Part shown: positions 1 through 12,576 of the stretch, in pieces
Layout: every line of letters starts with the position of its first letter
Numbering within the stretch: position 1 is the first letter of the stretch
The notes under the pieces: generated by a model
The model's input: only the letters and a program-made list of their open reading frames with translations
The model's database searches: none
What the model was told of the DNA's origin: nothing
Origin: Dicyema japonicum
Taxonomy: Eukaryota > Animalia > Dicyemida
Length of the DNA stretch: 40,681 bases
Assembly (NCBI GenBank): GCA_011109175.1
Contig: RDEW01000090.1
Location: 70,094-110,774 of the forward strand
Reading direction: 5' to 3'
Position numbers and translations under genes: made by a program

Positions 1-419
1 CTCAAATAAAAAATGTTTTCTCTTGTGGTCATTCAGAAGGTCAATAATTGTATAACACAAAGAGATAAATCTGTTCAATGCGTCTCCTTTCTAAACAAAC
101 TTAAACTAACTAAAAATGCAACCAATATTTTCTACAGTTTGTTGTATTTTTGTTAAAAAGTAATCTGTTGATATAATTACCTTTAATTTTCAAAGTATTT
201 GATAAATTTTTCACGTTTAGACGGATCCAAAAGACCAATTAATTTGATGACTTTATTGGTGTATGTCGCGATCGCGGAGCACACAACAGAATTTTAAACT
301 AAAAAATTACGGCGACAAATTTTATAGGACCCAAGAACAACAACCAAGAAAAAACCGAAAACCAAATTTATTCCATAGTAAGTAAGGAGATATTTTAAGG
401 ATATTTAAACGTGTCCGTT

Positions 420-870
420 TATGCGGCCTGGACACTTCCGATGCATCCACACTCCATTTAGTTACCTTCTATCGTTGGATCCTATAGATTCTTTTCTCTA
501 CAAAGCTTTTAACAAGAGTTAGAATCATGTCTTCTTCAGTACTGAGAGCATCCCAGAGCCTTTTCCCCAAAGCCAACTTTATTGCCGACTTTCTGGTTTT
601 TTCCATGAGAAACATTATTCTTTCTCTTTGGCAAGAGAAAAACGATGCTTCGCATCCATATAGCAGTTCCGGTAGGATGATCCTCATGAAGATGAACAAG
701 AAGGTTTCCAGGCTTACAAACAACGTTTTTGTACATAAGAGTGCTTGAAGCGCCTTCTTCCTTCTTCGTCTTATGTCCTCCATGGAGGAACCATTCCCAT
801 CAATTGCTCCCGAGGTAGCGCATTGAGTTTACTTTAGAAATCTCTAATGAGTAAGGCTGCTTCTGATGCC
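420..870 (-). mobile_element. Non-LTR retrotransposon RT C-terminal (thumb) fragment
   Basis: Minus-strand MRYLGS followed by IILPELLYGCEA (LINE YLG and P-x-L-x-YGxxxW-type motifs). The downstream RKSAIKLALGKRLWDALST matches the same-family copy at 27740-28050. Confidence 0.6.
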
Positions 871-1019
871 TCCTTAGGCGACTTACTTGTAGGGAGCTAA
901 ACTTCTCCGTAGACAATCTCATCCCTCTTTTTGTGCACCATATCACTATTAGATTTTTTTGTAAATTAAATAATAATTTATAATTATAAATTTTTACATT
1001 TATGATTATAAAAATATAA

Positions 1020-1860
1020 AACTTAAATCTTTCGACAAGGCCCCAAAGGAAATTCTGATCAGGACGGTCTCTGCCTCAGATATTCTGAACAAACGGAAGT
1101 TTTGGATTGCAAACTTCCTGAGTGATCGGAGAGGAAGAATTGTAACATGCTCGGCCAAATCCGTGACAAAATCCCTACCAAAGACTACCACAGTGTTCTC
1201 TATTCTGTTCAGCATCTTCCATAGCCAGTACCAGCGATAACACACTACACTGACGATATAATCGTCGCATCAAAAGACAATTGTGTTGAGACAGCCTTGG
1301 AGGACTGCAATACTTACTTGACCCCATAAACATTTTACTTGAGAAGACTTTACTACAGACAAGGTCTGAAAAGTCCCCAACAACATTATTTACCAACGAT
1401 TTAAAAATTACAAACTCTGCACAGACCTTAGTAATTAGTAATGTATCTCCAACTCTAATTATGTAAATATTTTGGGGGTCTTTTAGCAAGCACATCAGGA
1501 ACACTAAATCTTCGTCTCAAAGAAAACTGAAAAGGATTTTCTGGGTCACTATGGAAGTTGCTTGAACTCACTCTTCACCTAATACATAAAAACAACGATC
1601 AGCTATGGATGTGCTGCATGGGGTACGACCTATTTTAATCTAACATGAAGATCATCGACTACTAAGTTGCAGTTACTAAAACCCTTTAACATTCCTCGAT
1701 TATCCTGTTACAGCCGACACAATTCGAGACCCCTCTGAAGAGAACAGGCTCTCAAATAATACCCCCGATGTGTTCCCCGAGTTTATACATACTGCCTTGG
1801 ATTACGGGTTGAACATCAAAAAAAGTTTTAAGGCTTCCAGAGGAAGCTAAAATTACTTAG
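1020..1860 (+). mobile_element. Degenerate Jockey/I-like LINE reverse transcriptase fragment
   Basis: Across frameshifts: KSFDKAP...FWIANFLSDRRGRIV, then HYTDDIIV (YADD-like), then YIKTTISYGCAAW. Multiple stops. Confidence 0.7.
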
Positions 1861-2365
1861 TGGGAGTTTATCCTACATAACCAGCGTCATGTGATCTTCC
1901 TTTCTCAGATGGGAAGCAAAAAAGATCATTTGCTTCCCCCCACTCCAGTGGTGGAGTTCCCACAACTGCAAAAAATGGACTTCTTTTACAATTTATGCTG
2001 GTTTTGGATGAGCTTGTGTGACATTGAAAGGACTCTGTGGAAATAATGAAATGAATAAAGAATTCCCTTCTAAAAGATTTCTCGTTGTTAAACACAGGTC
2101 ATAACAAATATCCAAAGACATGTGAATCTAATCTATAAGGACTATGTACTCGTGTTTGACAATTCTAAGTAAGCTTCCCTATCCGATAGAAAGATCAAGT
2201 AGTACATTGTATGACCATCCTCAAAAAACATCATCAAATTATTTTAAAATTTCCGACTTGTATATGCGAGAACAAGAGATGTAATACGGAGGAATTGGGA
2301 AACCAATAAAGAGTAAAAGCTGTAGAGCATGATCTAAATAAAAATCCCTGTCTTCACTTTTCATC

Positions 2366-2607
2366 TTATTTTCTTGCTTTACGGCGTTAAAGCAAAAATA
2401 TAGGGTTTCCCTACAATTAACGTAACTTTCCCGATCTAGCGTACCTTTTTTTTATATTATTATTATTAATAGCACTTTCAAAAAACCAATTATTTTCTTG
2501 CTTTACGGCGTTAAAGCAAAAATATAGGGTTTCCCTACAATTAACGTAACTTTCCCGATCTAGCGTACCTTTTTTATTATTATTAATAGCACTTTCAAAA
2601 AACCAAA
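2366..2607. repeat. Tandem duplication of a ~124-bp unit containing two hairpins and a (TTA)n run
   Basis: 2366-2489 is repeated at 2490-2607, near-identical apart from a small indel in the TTA run. Confidence 0.9.
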
Positions 2608-2639
2608 AAAGTTATTTATTTAATTAAGGTTTCTCTTGT

Positions 2640-3945
2640 GCCGTATTTTTCTTTCTTTCACAATTCTCTTAACCAACTTCCTCCATGCTTCACGGTTACT
2701 GGCAATTATTTGAGCGTATCAAAATCCTCTCCTGTTTTCGTCTTACATTAGTCAAGTCCTTGTGTAGGACCTCCGGCAAAGTTGTTCGACGTTTTCCACA
2801 AAACCTTGTATTTACTTACAGGCAGAAATCGTTCTCCATTGCTATTTTAGCAAACGTCATCTGGCTCATCCGAAGGATGTGACCAAATAGACGCCATCTT
2901 GATTCAAGGAACTCCAGACTCAATGGTCTTGTATTACATATTTTGTACAGATTTTTGTTTGGATTATTTTTGGCTTGTTGATGCCAAGCAACAGTCGGAG
3001 TTGTTTACGATGGAAGGCATCTAGTTTGTCCATTACCGCTTTTGAGACTCCGGGGTTGCAGCGTTGTTCATTAGGACCGGTTTTACGAAGGCATTGTATG
3101 GTCGTAATTGTGTACTAATTTGTTTACGATGATTCCAGACTACTCTCATTTTTCTAAAGGCCTCGACGGCCAATATTTTCCTGTTAGTGATATCCTCAGC
3201 GTCTCCGAGCTACGACTTCAATTTTTACAGTATCTCCATTTTTCATCAGTTCGGGTTAATTCACACCGTATGGTTATTGTATCCGTCTATTCCGTATTGA
3301 TTTTGATGAACCATTTTTCTAGCACATCTGGCATCCTTGTCCGTATATATTCTAATGTTTTCTGGTCGCTGGATATATAGTCGATATCATCTGCATAAAT
3401 CACTTCAGTTTGAGGTAAGTCGCCAATTAATAATCTTAGGTCTCAGTGCAGCTTCCAGATATGTCACAAAAAGTACCAGTGACAAGGAATCTCCCTGTGG
3501 TACCCCGAACGATGTCTCAAATGGGACAGACTCCAAATTTCCAAAACGTACACTTAGCTGTGTTGTTCCAAGTAATAGACGGATCCCCGTTAACAGGTCT
3601 TTACTTTTTTATGGTGGTTAAGTATACCATATTTTGTATTGATGCAAAATGACTGAAATTTATGTTTCTGATGGCCCATTCAGGAATGTAGGAAGAAATC
3701 CTTAAACAGCTCTTACACGTCCTGGCCTTAAAGATAATGAAAATTTCACCTCATAAATTACGAATATGTGGTTTTGACTCAGCGGTTAGTTTGGTCCTAC
3801 TGTCACCATCGCGAGTTGCTGTGAGTAGACCCTGTTTCGTAAATTTTGAAACAATTGTTTTGGAATATTCAACATACGTGAAATGGCAGTATTGTCACGA
3901 CCATTTTTGGCGTGTTCTACTATTAATTTCTAAAGTCATCTGAGA
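2640..3945 (-). mobile_element. RTE-like LINE, 3' half, pseudogenised
   Basis: Minus-strand GVPQGDSLSLVLFVTYLEAALR, EVIYADDIDY (3386-3397), KINTDKTEY, YNAFVKPVL, RWRLFGHILR. Frameshifts and stops. Confidence 0.85.
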
Positions 3946-4395
3946 TGGGTCTTCTTTTATCACCGGGATCACTTGCCGTATTGAATCTTTTTAAAAATAA
4001 AAAATGACTTTTTATAAAATTTTATTTTAATTTCATGAGTTTCAAGATGCTCTTTAATCCTAAAAATATATTTACTTATGAATTATTAGAAAGTGACGCT
4101 ATCGGTCGAGAAAGTTACGATAATGGTCGGGAAACCCTATAAATATGTGGAATATAATATTGTTGAACTCAGATATGCCATGAATTATATTGGTAAATGT
4201 ACCCAGTTCATACGACAAGTCCCAACAAACAAATTTTGATGCTCTCCTGGTGCTGGATAGGTCTATCACATTAGCTACTCTAAATAAAAAATCAGAATAT
4301 AGTAAAAAATTATAAACCAAGAGTCAACTAAGCGGATTAGACCCAGATTCACTGTTACAGGTAAGACATTACTGAATCTGATTAGGTTTGTCCAA

Positions 4396-4888
4396 GACAG
4401 TATACAATGACTATATGTTCAGTAACATGGTATTTTACTGATTTTTATATTTGTTTATAACGAATAAATTAACTAATTAAGATTTTGATCCAGATTGTTG
4501 GTAATCCCTCTTTTTCTCTTAGAAGAGAGTGTGCCATAAACTCCCTGTAACTCATCATCTCCACATCAAATTCAGTTAAAATATCTCCGTTAGAGTCCAG
4601 TGGGCTGTCCTCACGGTATGCCAGTTCCACAAGTTGGGAGGTAGCAAAAGCGTACTCTTCATCGTATACCTTCATCCCATGCTTATGTTCAATGAGCAAA
4701 CTTTCAAGCTTCTCTTCAGAACAATCGACTGGATGTAATTCCTCGTTGATTCTTCAATAGAAATTTTTCCATGTGATTCTTGAAGCATCTTGAGACGACT
4801 CCATCCCATGTCAAAACCACTGGAATAATCTTCACTTAGCATTCATAAAGCAACAAAAGTTCATTTGCAAGCAAATCATATTTGTCAC
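4396..4888 (-). mobile_element. C-terminus and 3' UTR of an REL-endonuclease (R2/R4-like) non-LTR element, copy 1
   Basis: DKYDLLANEL...IIPVVLTWDGVV...YIQSIVL...ESLLIEHKHG is typical of the end of a PD-(D/E)xK REL domain. Confidence 0.7.
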
Positions 4889-4900
4889 CAAAAACCAAAA

Positions 4901-5600
4901 CTCAGCATCACCCAAAAACTAGCCGAGCCTTTTAGTAAACCTCTATTTCTCATCAATCCGTATCGATTACCGCTGAATTGAAGTTAAGTCTGTTTTTTTG
5001 AATTGATCTTTAAAGACCACTTCTCGAGAACCGTTGTGGTTTTATCTACAGCAGTTCTTAGTACCTCCACATCCTCAGACACAAAATCGATGTCATCAGC
5101 ATATATTAATTCCACAAAATGATTAAAGTGACCCAATTCTTTTCTAACGTTTCTCAACGTACCTTCCAAATAGATTGCAAAGAGATCTGACGAAAGCGAG
5201 TCCCCTTGCCGAGTACCAATCCCGATCGTGAATTATTCCGAATAGCCCACTTTCACTATGAGGCTCGTGTCAGCCGGTAAAAAACGCACAATCCTCAAAC
5301 AGTCCTCATCAAATAAGTCTTTGAGAACTTAGTAGTTTATCTCGGTAGATACAGTAGAATTCTTTCGATAAGTCGACTCCCAGAATATACATTGTTTTTC
5401 TGTACTTCTGACATATTCCCGTAAGCAACCAATGACTCCATACTATATAAACGGTCGATTTTCCTGGTCCGAATCCGCTTAGACTCAGTGAAAAGTATTG
5501 GTCAACTGAATTTGAAATTCGATTCAATGTTGTAATCGACAATGTTTTTCGCAAAGTGGTCAAAAACACGATCGGCCTGAGATTTTCAATTGAACCTNGA
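4901..5600 (-). mobile_element. RTE-like RT fragment, copy 1
   Basis: ENLRPIVFLTTLRKTLS, LGVDLSK, GTRQGDSLS, ELIYADDIDF, KWSLKINSKK. Confidence 0.85.
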
Positions 5601-5628
5601 AAAGGCTTTATTATTATTATTATTATTA

Positions 5629-6236
5629 AGACAGTATACAATGACTATATGTTCAGTAACATGGTATTTTACTGATTTTTATATTTGTTTATAACGAATA
5701 AATTAACTAATTAAGATTTTGATCCAGATTGTTGGTAATCCCTCTTCTTCTCTTAGAAGAGAGTGTGACATAAACTCCCTGTAACTCACCATCTCCACAT
5801 CAAATTCAGTCAAAATATCTCCGTTAGAGTCCAGNCCCATCCTTTCTCAAATTGTTGAAGACTTCGAATACTAGTCGATCAATTTGAATAGAAATAACTC
5901 CCCATCTCCACATCAAATTCAGTCAAAATATCTCCGTTAGAGTCCAGTGGGCTGTCCTCACGGCATGCCAGTTCTACAAGTTGGGAGGTAGCAGAAGCGT
6001 ACTCTTCATTGTATACCTTCATCCCATGCTTATGTTCAATGAGCAAACTTTCAAGCGTTCTCTTCAGAACAATCGATTGGATGTAATTCCTCGTTGATTC
6101 TTCAATAGATAATTTTTCCATGTGATTCTTGAAGCATCTTGAGACGACTCCATCCCATGTCAAAACCACTGGAATAATCTTCACTTAGCATTCATAAAGC
6201 AGCGAAAGTTCATTTGCAAGCAAATCATATTTGTCA
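5629..6236 (-). mobile_element. REL element C-terminus and 3' UTR, copy 2, ending next to a (TAA)n run
   Basis: Near-identical to 4396-4888 (ORF 5879-6184 KIIPVVLTWDGVVSRCFK). (TTA)6 on the + strand at about 5610-5628. Single N at 5836 with a short local repeat. Confidence 0.7.
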
Positions 6237-6249
6237 CCAAAAACCAAAA

Positions 6250-7020
6250 CTCAGCATCACCCAAAAACTAGCCGAGCCTTTTAGTAAACCTCTATTTCTC
6301 ATCAATCCGTATCGAAGTAAAGTCTGTTTTTTTTGAATTGATCTTTAAAGACCACTTCTCCAGAACCGTTGTGGTTTTATCTATGGCAGTTCTTAGTACC
6401 TCCACATCCTCAGACACAAAATCGATGTCATCAGCATATATTAATTCCACAAAATGATTAAAGTGAACCAATTCATTTCTAACGTCCCTCAAAGTAGCTT
6501 CCAAATAGATTGCAAAGAGATCTGGCGAAAGCGAGTCCCCTTGCCGAGTACCAATCCCGATCGTGAATTATTCCGAATAGCCCTTCGCCACTTTCACTAT
6601 GAGGCTCGTGTCAGCCAGTAAAAAACACACAATCCTCAAACAGTCCTCATCAAATAAGTATTTGAGAACTTAGTAGCTTATCTCGGTAGACACAGTAGAA
6701 TGCTTTCGATAAGTCGACTCCCAGAATATACATTGTTTTTCTGTACTTCTGACATATTACCGTAAGCAATTAATGACTCCATACTATATCAGCGGTCGAT
6801 TTTCCTGGTCCGAATCCGCTTTGACTCAGTGACAAGTATTGGTCAACTGAATTTGAAATTCGATTCAATGTTGTAATCGACAATGTTTTTCACAAAGTGG
6901 TCAAAAACACGATCGGCCTGAGATTTTCAATTGGACTTGCAGTTTATCCATGTTTTTGTAAAGGAAGTAGAACTTTCATCGCGATGTCAATTTAACATAA
7001 AGTCCTAAATATCTCGTTGA
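6250..7020 (-). mobile_element. RTE-like RT fragment, copy 2
   Basis: Near-identical to 4901-5600 (ORF 6292-6504 ELIYADDIDF) and extends slightly further 5' (KVLLPLQKHG). Confidence 0.85.
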
Positions 7021-7260
7021 ATGTAAAAGTCATTTTTTTTCTGCTAGCTGGGTTGGTCCGTATTATAACAACTCTACACAAATATTTTCATAGTCAGCTG
7101 TCTGTTGTTATTCCGGAGAAAGAGTGCTCCGCGAATCTCGGAATCCACAAATACATTATTAAGTGAACGAGGATGTTCTTCGAATTATGTGAGGGGTAAA
7201 ATATCCTCTCGATTAAACTGCTTGCTAAAGCGTCGGGTAATTAGTCTAGCAGAATAGTTG

Positions 7261-7600
7261 GCGTCCAATGCAAAGTGACCGAATTCATTTGAATCTTTAA
7301 ATTGGTTTTAGCTGACCCGCGGTTTAGTAAACTTACATCCATAAACATTTTTGCACCAGATTGTAATCTTTCCACTTCCAATACTCGTTGGACCAAGCGT
7401 CCAATACAAAGTTACCGAACTCATTTCAATCTTTAAATTGGTTTTAGCTGACCCGCAGTTAAGTAAACGCACAGGGATAAACATTTTTGCACCAGATTGT
7501 AATCTTTCCACTTCCAATACTCGTTGGACCAAAAAGACCGACCATGATCGGAGCACATTCTTCTTAATTTCGTGTTGGATTGTATTTCGCAATTTTTTTA
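7261..7600 (-). mobile_element. RTE-like APE-RT linker fragment with a 136-bp internal tandem duplication
   Basis: LQSGAKMFIPVRLL resembles LKDNAQMFVAVRLM of the RTE ORF at 19630-20956. 7261-7396 is repeated at 7397-7533. Same family as 9107-9835. Confidence 0.6.
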
Positions 7601-8069
7601 NNNNNNNNNNNNNNNNNNNNNNNNNNNNNNNNNNNNNNNNNNNNNNNNNNNNNNNNNNNNNNNNNNNNNNNNNNNNNNNNNNNNNNNNNNNNNNNNNNNN
7701 NNNNNNNNNNNNNNNNNNNNNNNNNNNNNNNNNNNNNNNNNNNNNNNNNNNNNNNNNNNNNNNNNNNNNNNNNNNNNNNNNNNNNNNNNNNNNNNNNNNN
7801 NNNNNNNNNNNNNNNNNNNNNNNNNNNNNNNNNNNNNNNNNNNNNNNNNNNNNNNNNNNNNNNNNNNNNNNNNNNNNNNNNNNNNNNNNNNNNNNNNNNN
7901 NNNNNNNNNNNNNNNNNNNNNNNNNNNNNNNNNNNNNNNNNNNNNNNNNNNNNNNNNNNNNNNNNNNNNNNNNNNNNNNNNNNNNNNNNNNNNNNNNNNN
8001 NNNNNNNNNNNNNNNNNNNNNNNNNNNNNNNNNNNNNNNNNNNNNNNNNNNNNNNNNNNNNNNNNNNNN
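7601..8069. other. Assembly gap
   Basis: Run of N. Confidence 1.
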
Positions 8070-8456
8070 TAAGTGGTATAAATCGAGTCATAAATATGGT
8101 GAGGCTTGATGAAGAGACAAGTGAAATGGCTGATCATAATAGAAGCTTAGTATTTTTCATTTACACTTGATACTCGAGCCTGAGAGACCGCTTCCGTTTT
8201 TTCCAAACGTCTTCGAAACCTTTCAATTTAGCTAATAGAATATCGTAAGAGTTTTTCTAAATTGCATTGAGACTTTCGAGAGTTAAGATGGTTGATCATC
8301 AGCTAGCAAAAGTCATTGTTTTAAAATGCGTCAATAAAATTTAGTTCGAATATCACAGCTGCCCATTCCGATTGAAAGTTCGATGGATCAATAATTCCTT
8401 CTGGGATGACTAGTGACCCCTTCAGCATTGATTACCAACTGCGGACTGAATTGTCT

Positions 8457-8921
8457 ACTGAAAGTTGCATCCAACCAAAATGAAAAAAAGACTTTTTTGA
8501 TCATTCTTAATTGCTTGTCCCCTTCCTACTATTTATTATTGTTATCTTTTCAAATAAAAATTGGAGTCTAAGAACTACAACACTATGTTCTCACATTTAT
8601 GACTTCATAAAAAAAGAATGAGGGTAACGTAACGCCGTAGGAACTTGAAGGAATATCATAATTCTTTTCAACTCGTTTAAGTAATTCTNACTGAAAGTTG
8701 CATCCAACCAAAATGAAAAAAAGACTTTTTTGATCATTCTTAATTGCTTGTCCCCTTCCTACTATTTATTATTGTTATCTTTTCAAATAAAAATTGGAGT
8801 CTAAGAACTACAACACTATGTTCTCACATTTATGACTTCATAAAAAAAGAATGAGGGTAACGTAACGCCGTAGGAACTTGAAGGAATATCATAATTCTTT
8901 TCAACTCGTTTAAGTAATTCT
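8457..8921. repeat. 232-bp direct duplication separated by a single N (likely scaffolding overlap)
   Basis: 8457-8688 equals 8690-8921, with N at 8689. Confidence 0.9.
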
Positions 8922-9106
8922 GGAATATGTGCAAAACGAGAAACTAGCAACAAAGTCATCTTTCTTCACTTAACCATGGAGTATCCAAGGTCTAATTTAC
9001 CTGTGGATAAATGAGGGATCTAATTGGACAAAAAGACAACCTTTGAATGGGTTTCACTAAGTTTTTCATTCATTCTTTATATAAAAAAGGAAATAGAAGA
9101 CTGTTG

Positions 9107-9835
9107 GCGTCCAATACAAAGTTACCGAATTCATTTCAATTTTTAAATTGGTTTTAGCTGACCCGCAGTTAAGTAAACGCACAGGGATAAACATTTTTGC
9201 GTCCAATACAAAGTTACCGAACTCATTTCAATCTTTAAATTGGTTTTAGCTGACCCGCAGTTAAGTAAACGCACAGGGATAAACATTTTTGCACCAGATT
9301 GTAATCTTTCCACTTCCAATACTCGTTGGACCAAAAAGACCGACCATGATCGGAGCACATTCTTCTTAATTTCGTGTTGGATTGTATCTCGCAATTTTTT
9401 TAATTCGGATTTTTGTTCATGATCACAAGCTTCAATTTGAAGTCTTATATCTCGTTGACGGATAGACAATCGATTGACTGTCGAGTTATGTGCTCCTTTA
9501 TATCTTCCTTTCATAGTATTTTCGCGAATCCCACTGCTTCTTCGGCAGCCGTCATTATGGTTTTAGAGATTCTTTCCTACACAATGTGGAGTAGGCCATC
9601 CATAGAAATATCGGATAGATGATGGTCCATTCGCTGCTGGTATCTCGTGAGGAGTACAGGATTATTAACTAATTCTTCTCCCGCTATCATCTGTGTTTTT
9701 CTGGGACGTGCATGATTCGCATATAATATTCCATAATGCCTGCTAAGATTCAACCGACAGACTACGATCTTATGATTTGTCAATGATCTTCCATACGAAC
9801 GAAAGTCCACTAATAATCTCTTGTGCGACACCTAC
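9107..9835 (-). mobile_element. RTE-like APE end plus linker fragment
   Basis: LLVDFRSYGRSLTNHKIVVCRL (end of the APE domain) followed by the linker ORF 9143-9514. A 92-bp internal duplication starts at 9107/9199. Confidence 0.7.
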
Positions 9836-9839
9836 TCGA

Positions 9840-11940
9840 CGTAACGATAAACCTATTTCTATCGACATCTCATTGTCATCACCGTCCTTGGCAATTTTAT
9901 TGACTGCTCAGTGAAGTGTGACTCCAGAAGTGACCACAATCCAATATTTTTGGAGGTCAAAACAAGGTCACGGATAAAGTGACAATGCCCAACGATAACT
10001 AACTACAGCCTTGCGAATTGGAGATGATTCCGTCGATAATTGTATTGGACTATTAAATTTCCCCACTCCTCCATCAGTCGAACAATTAGTGAAATGGTTT
10101 AACTCCACCATAAACGCTGCCTATGGGGAAACAATCTACGTCATCAAAACGTTTCAACACAACGACGAAACATCTGATCAGAGGACGAAATAATCTAAAG
10201 ATGGTAAAATCGCCAACAGAAGAAAACATCAGAAAAAAACGAGAATTGAACAGAGAGATCGACAACAACAGAAAGGCAGAGATTGCAAATAGATGAACGA
10301 GGCTATCGAAGGCTTTCTGCAAGAACCACCCAATGTAGAGAGTGTGGAAGTGGATCAAGAACATCAAAAGATTCTCTCCAGAGAGAATTGTCAAAGTCTA
10401 CATAAAACCAGACACTCTGATAAAATATTACACGTCTATCTCCTACAAGAAGTACACTAAGTATTCCTGAATAAGATTGAAACGAAACGCTCCGATGACT
10501 GGATCCTATTTACTAGTCAGGATGTTCGCAGAGCCATATTAAAGGCCAACAACTCAGAGGCCAAAGGACCAGACAACATAACCACATGTGAACTGAGGCA
10601 CCTAGGTCATCGAGCCCTGGAATTATTAGCCTATATCTTCAACCTATCCATTAACACAAATACAATCCCTGGAAGATGGAAGAAGTCTCTAATCAGACCT
10701 ATCCGAAAACCCAACAAACCAATAAATGAACCATCTTTTTATCGCCTAATATATATTCTAAGTCCGGTCTCAAGGATCCTTGAAAGGCTTGTTTTGGAAA
10801 AAAATACAAAACTCAATCTCAATACCTCCGACCCAGCACGGATTCCGGGATAATCATTTGACAACAACACACCTTACAACCCTCACACAATTCATTGCGG
10901 AAGGATTTAACTCCCCCAAACCCCACCAGAGGACAGTAATTATACCCGTGGACATCTCAAAAGCGTTCGACTCAGTCCCTAGAAAACTCCTAACAAAGAA
11001 AATATTTGAAACCAACATCCATCCGAACCTGAAACTTTGGCTTGGAAACTTCCTAAATGGAAGACGAGCACAAGTACTCTGCAACAACATCAAATCAAGA
11101 TCTCGCTATTTCCCAAATGGAGTCCCTCAAGGATACTCAGTCCGCTCAACAAATGCTTGACAAGCTAACTATGACTCTCGAAGCGGTCTTTTGTCACACT
11201 GTTTACCACCTACAAAAACAGGTAACCAAAAAGAACGAAGCTATTCCTATTAACAAAACACAGAATATTCTGGGAGTAACCTTTGATCAGGGACTCACCT
11301 TTATCCGACATGTTGAAAACAAAGTAACTTCTGCTCTGAAAAAAATGTGAATTTTAAAAGTGCTCTCAAAAATACTTAGAGACCGAACTAGTGGCCTTAC
11401 CACGATTTATGAACAATTTATCCGACTAACGATGACGTATGCAATCCTTCATGGGAAATGCAGATTTCACTATCCTCCTCATTGAAACTATCTGCAATCT
11501 AGGGGACTGAATAAAGTTAATTGACCAGAACACAAAATCCAGCCTATTGAAAATTTCTTAATCGAATTACAACGGAAACTCTTAAAGGAGGCTATTTTAC
11601 CGAGCTGCCCTCTATTCCATACACCATTGAAATATCTACAATCATCATAAATTTTGAGATCAGAACACAAAATCCAGCCTATTGAAAATTTCTTAATCGA
11701 ATTACAACAGAAACTCTTAAAGGAGGCTATTTTACCGAGCTGCCCTATATTCCATACACTATCGAATTATCTACGATCATCATAAGTTTTGAGCCGATGC
11801 CATGTCCAATGAGAAGATTCTCGACCCAACTGGACTCGTCCTCTCGTTTGTCGGTCTAGGATCACTTAGTTAGATGAAAACTTTTATTTCTTTTCTTTGA
11901 CCCAGTGATCCTGGGGGTAATAATAATAATACTAATAATT
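9840..11940 (+). mobile_element. Jockey/I-like LINE ORF2 (APE end, RT, thumb), pseudogenised with the YADD region deleted
   Basis: SDHNPIFLEV, AKGPDNIT, WKKSLIRPIRKPNKP, QHGFR, VDISKAFDSVP, GVPQG, then a direct jump to ILGVTFDQGLTF. (TAA)n-like tail at about 11918-11940. 135-bp duplication at 11526/11661. Confidence 0.85.
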
Positions 11941-12052
11941 CATAGGTATTAAAGACTGTATAATCAAGTCAAAGAGATACTCATGANGAGAGCCAAAATG
12001 TCTATAGCTACGCATAGGCAGGACACACACTTTATTTAAGTAAAGAACAATT

Positions 12053-12101
12053 GATTGCAAAGAGAACTGGCGAAAGCGAGTCCTCTTGAGGAGTACCAAT
12101 C
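12053..12101 (-). mobile_element. Isolated ~50-bp RTE RT domain-4 fragment
   Basis: Closely matches the sequence at about 6508-6557; minus strand reads IGTPQEDSLSPVLFAI. Confidence 0.5.
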
Positions 12102-12576
12102 TAGGCTCCGTTGATTTTTTTGTTCCCTCGAAACTTTTGGAAAAACGTCAGCGGCTGGTTGGGATTATTTGGATGGACCTATATTTTAATAAAATATAAG
12201 AACCCTTCGTAAATGCTGACTTAATCTAGAAAGCTTCATAGCCTCGTTAAAAAATGACTTTGAGCATAATATGTCGCGAGAGCTACCTGCAACTACGCGC
12301 TACTTGCAATATCGATTTTTTTCCTCGAAATTAAACGAATAGTCTTATGACACTCACAAGTCGAACTCAGTAAAAGAAACCAGTTTTCTCAAAAAAACAT
12401 GAAACTAAAATAATATAAAGATTTATGTTATGCTTTAAAAATTATAAAATTGAATTTATTTTTTAAATCCAATATTTTAAACAATTTAAAATCCCAGGTT
12501 AGACGATTGTATTCATTTAAGTTTCAATTAAGACAAAAAATTCAAAAAAAATATTTTATTTATAAGAAAGGATAAG

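Noticed and set aside
264-271. TGTCGCGA matching the start of the Ginger TIR
   Set aside because: Only 8 bp with no extension, consistent with chance.
1868-2300. Weak RT-like strings (GGVPTTAKNGLLLQF; LIYKDYV)
   Set aside because: Too degenerate to call; it may be a LINE remnant.
7351-8170. Long ORF-track entries across N runs (also 19113-19797 and 36340-36991)
   Set aside because: Their length comes from translating Ns as X. Only flanks with independent motif evidence were used.
8070-9100. About 1 kb of unassigned sequence between RTE fragments
   Set aside because: Stops in the frames I read and no motif I recognise; nothing supportable beyond the duplication.
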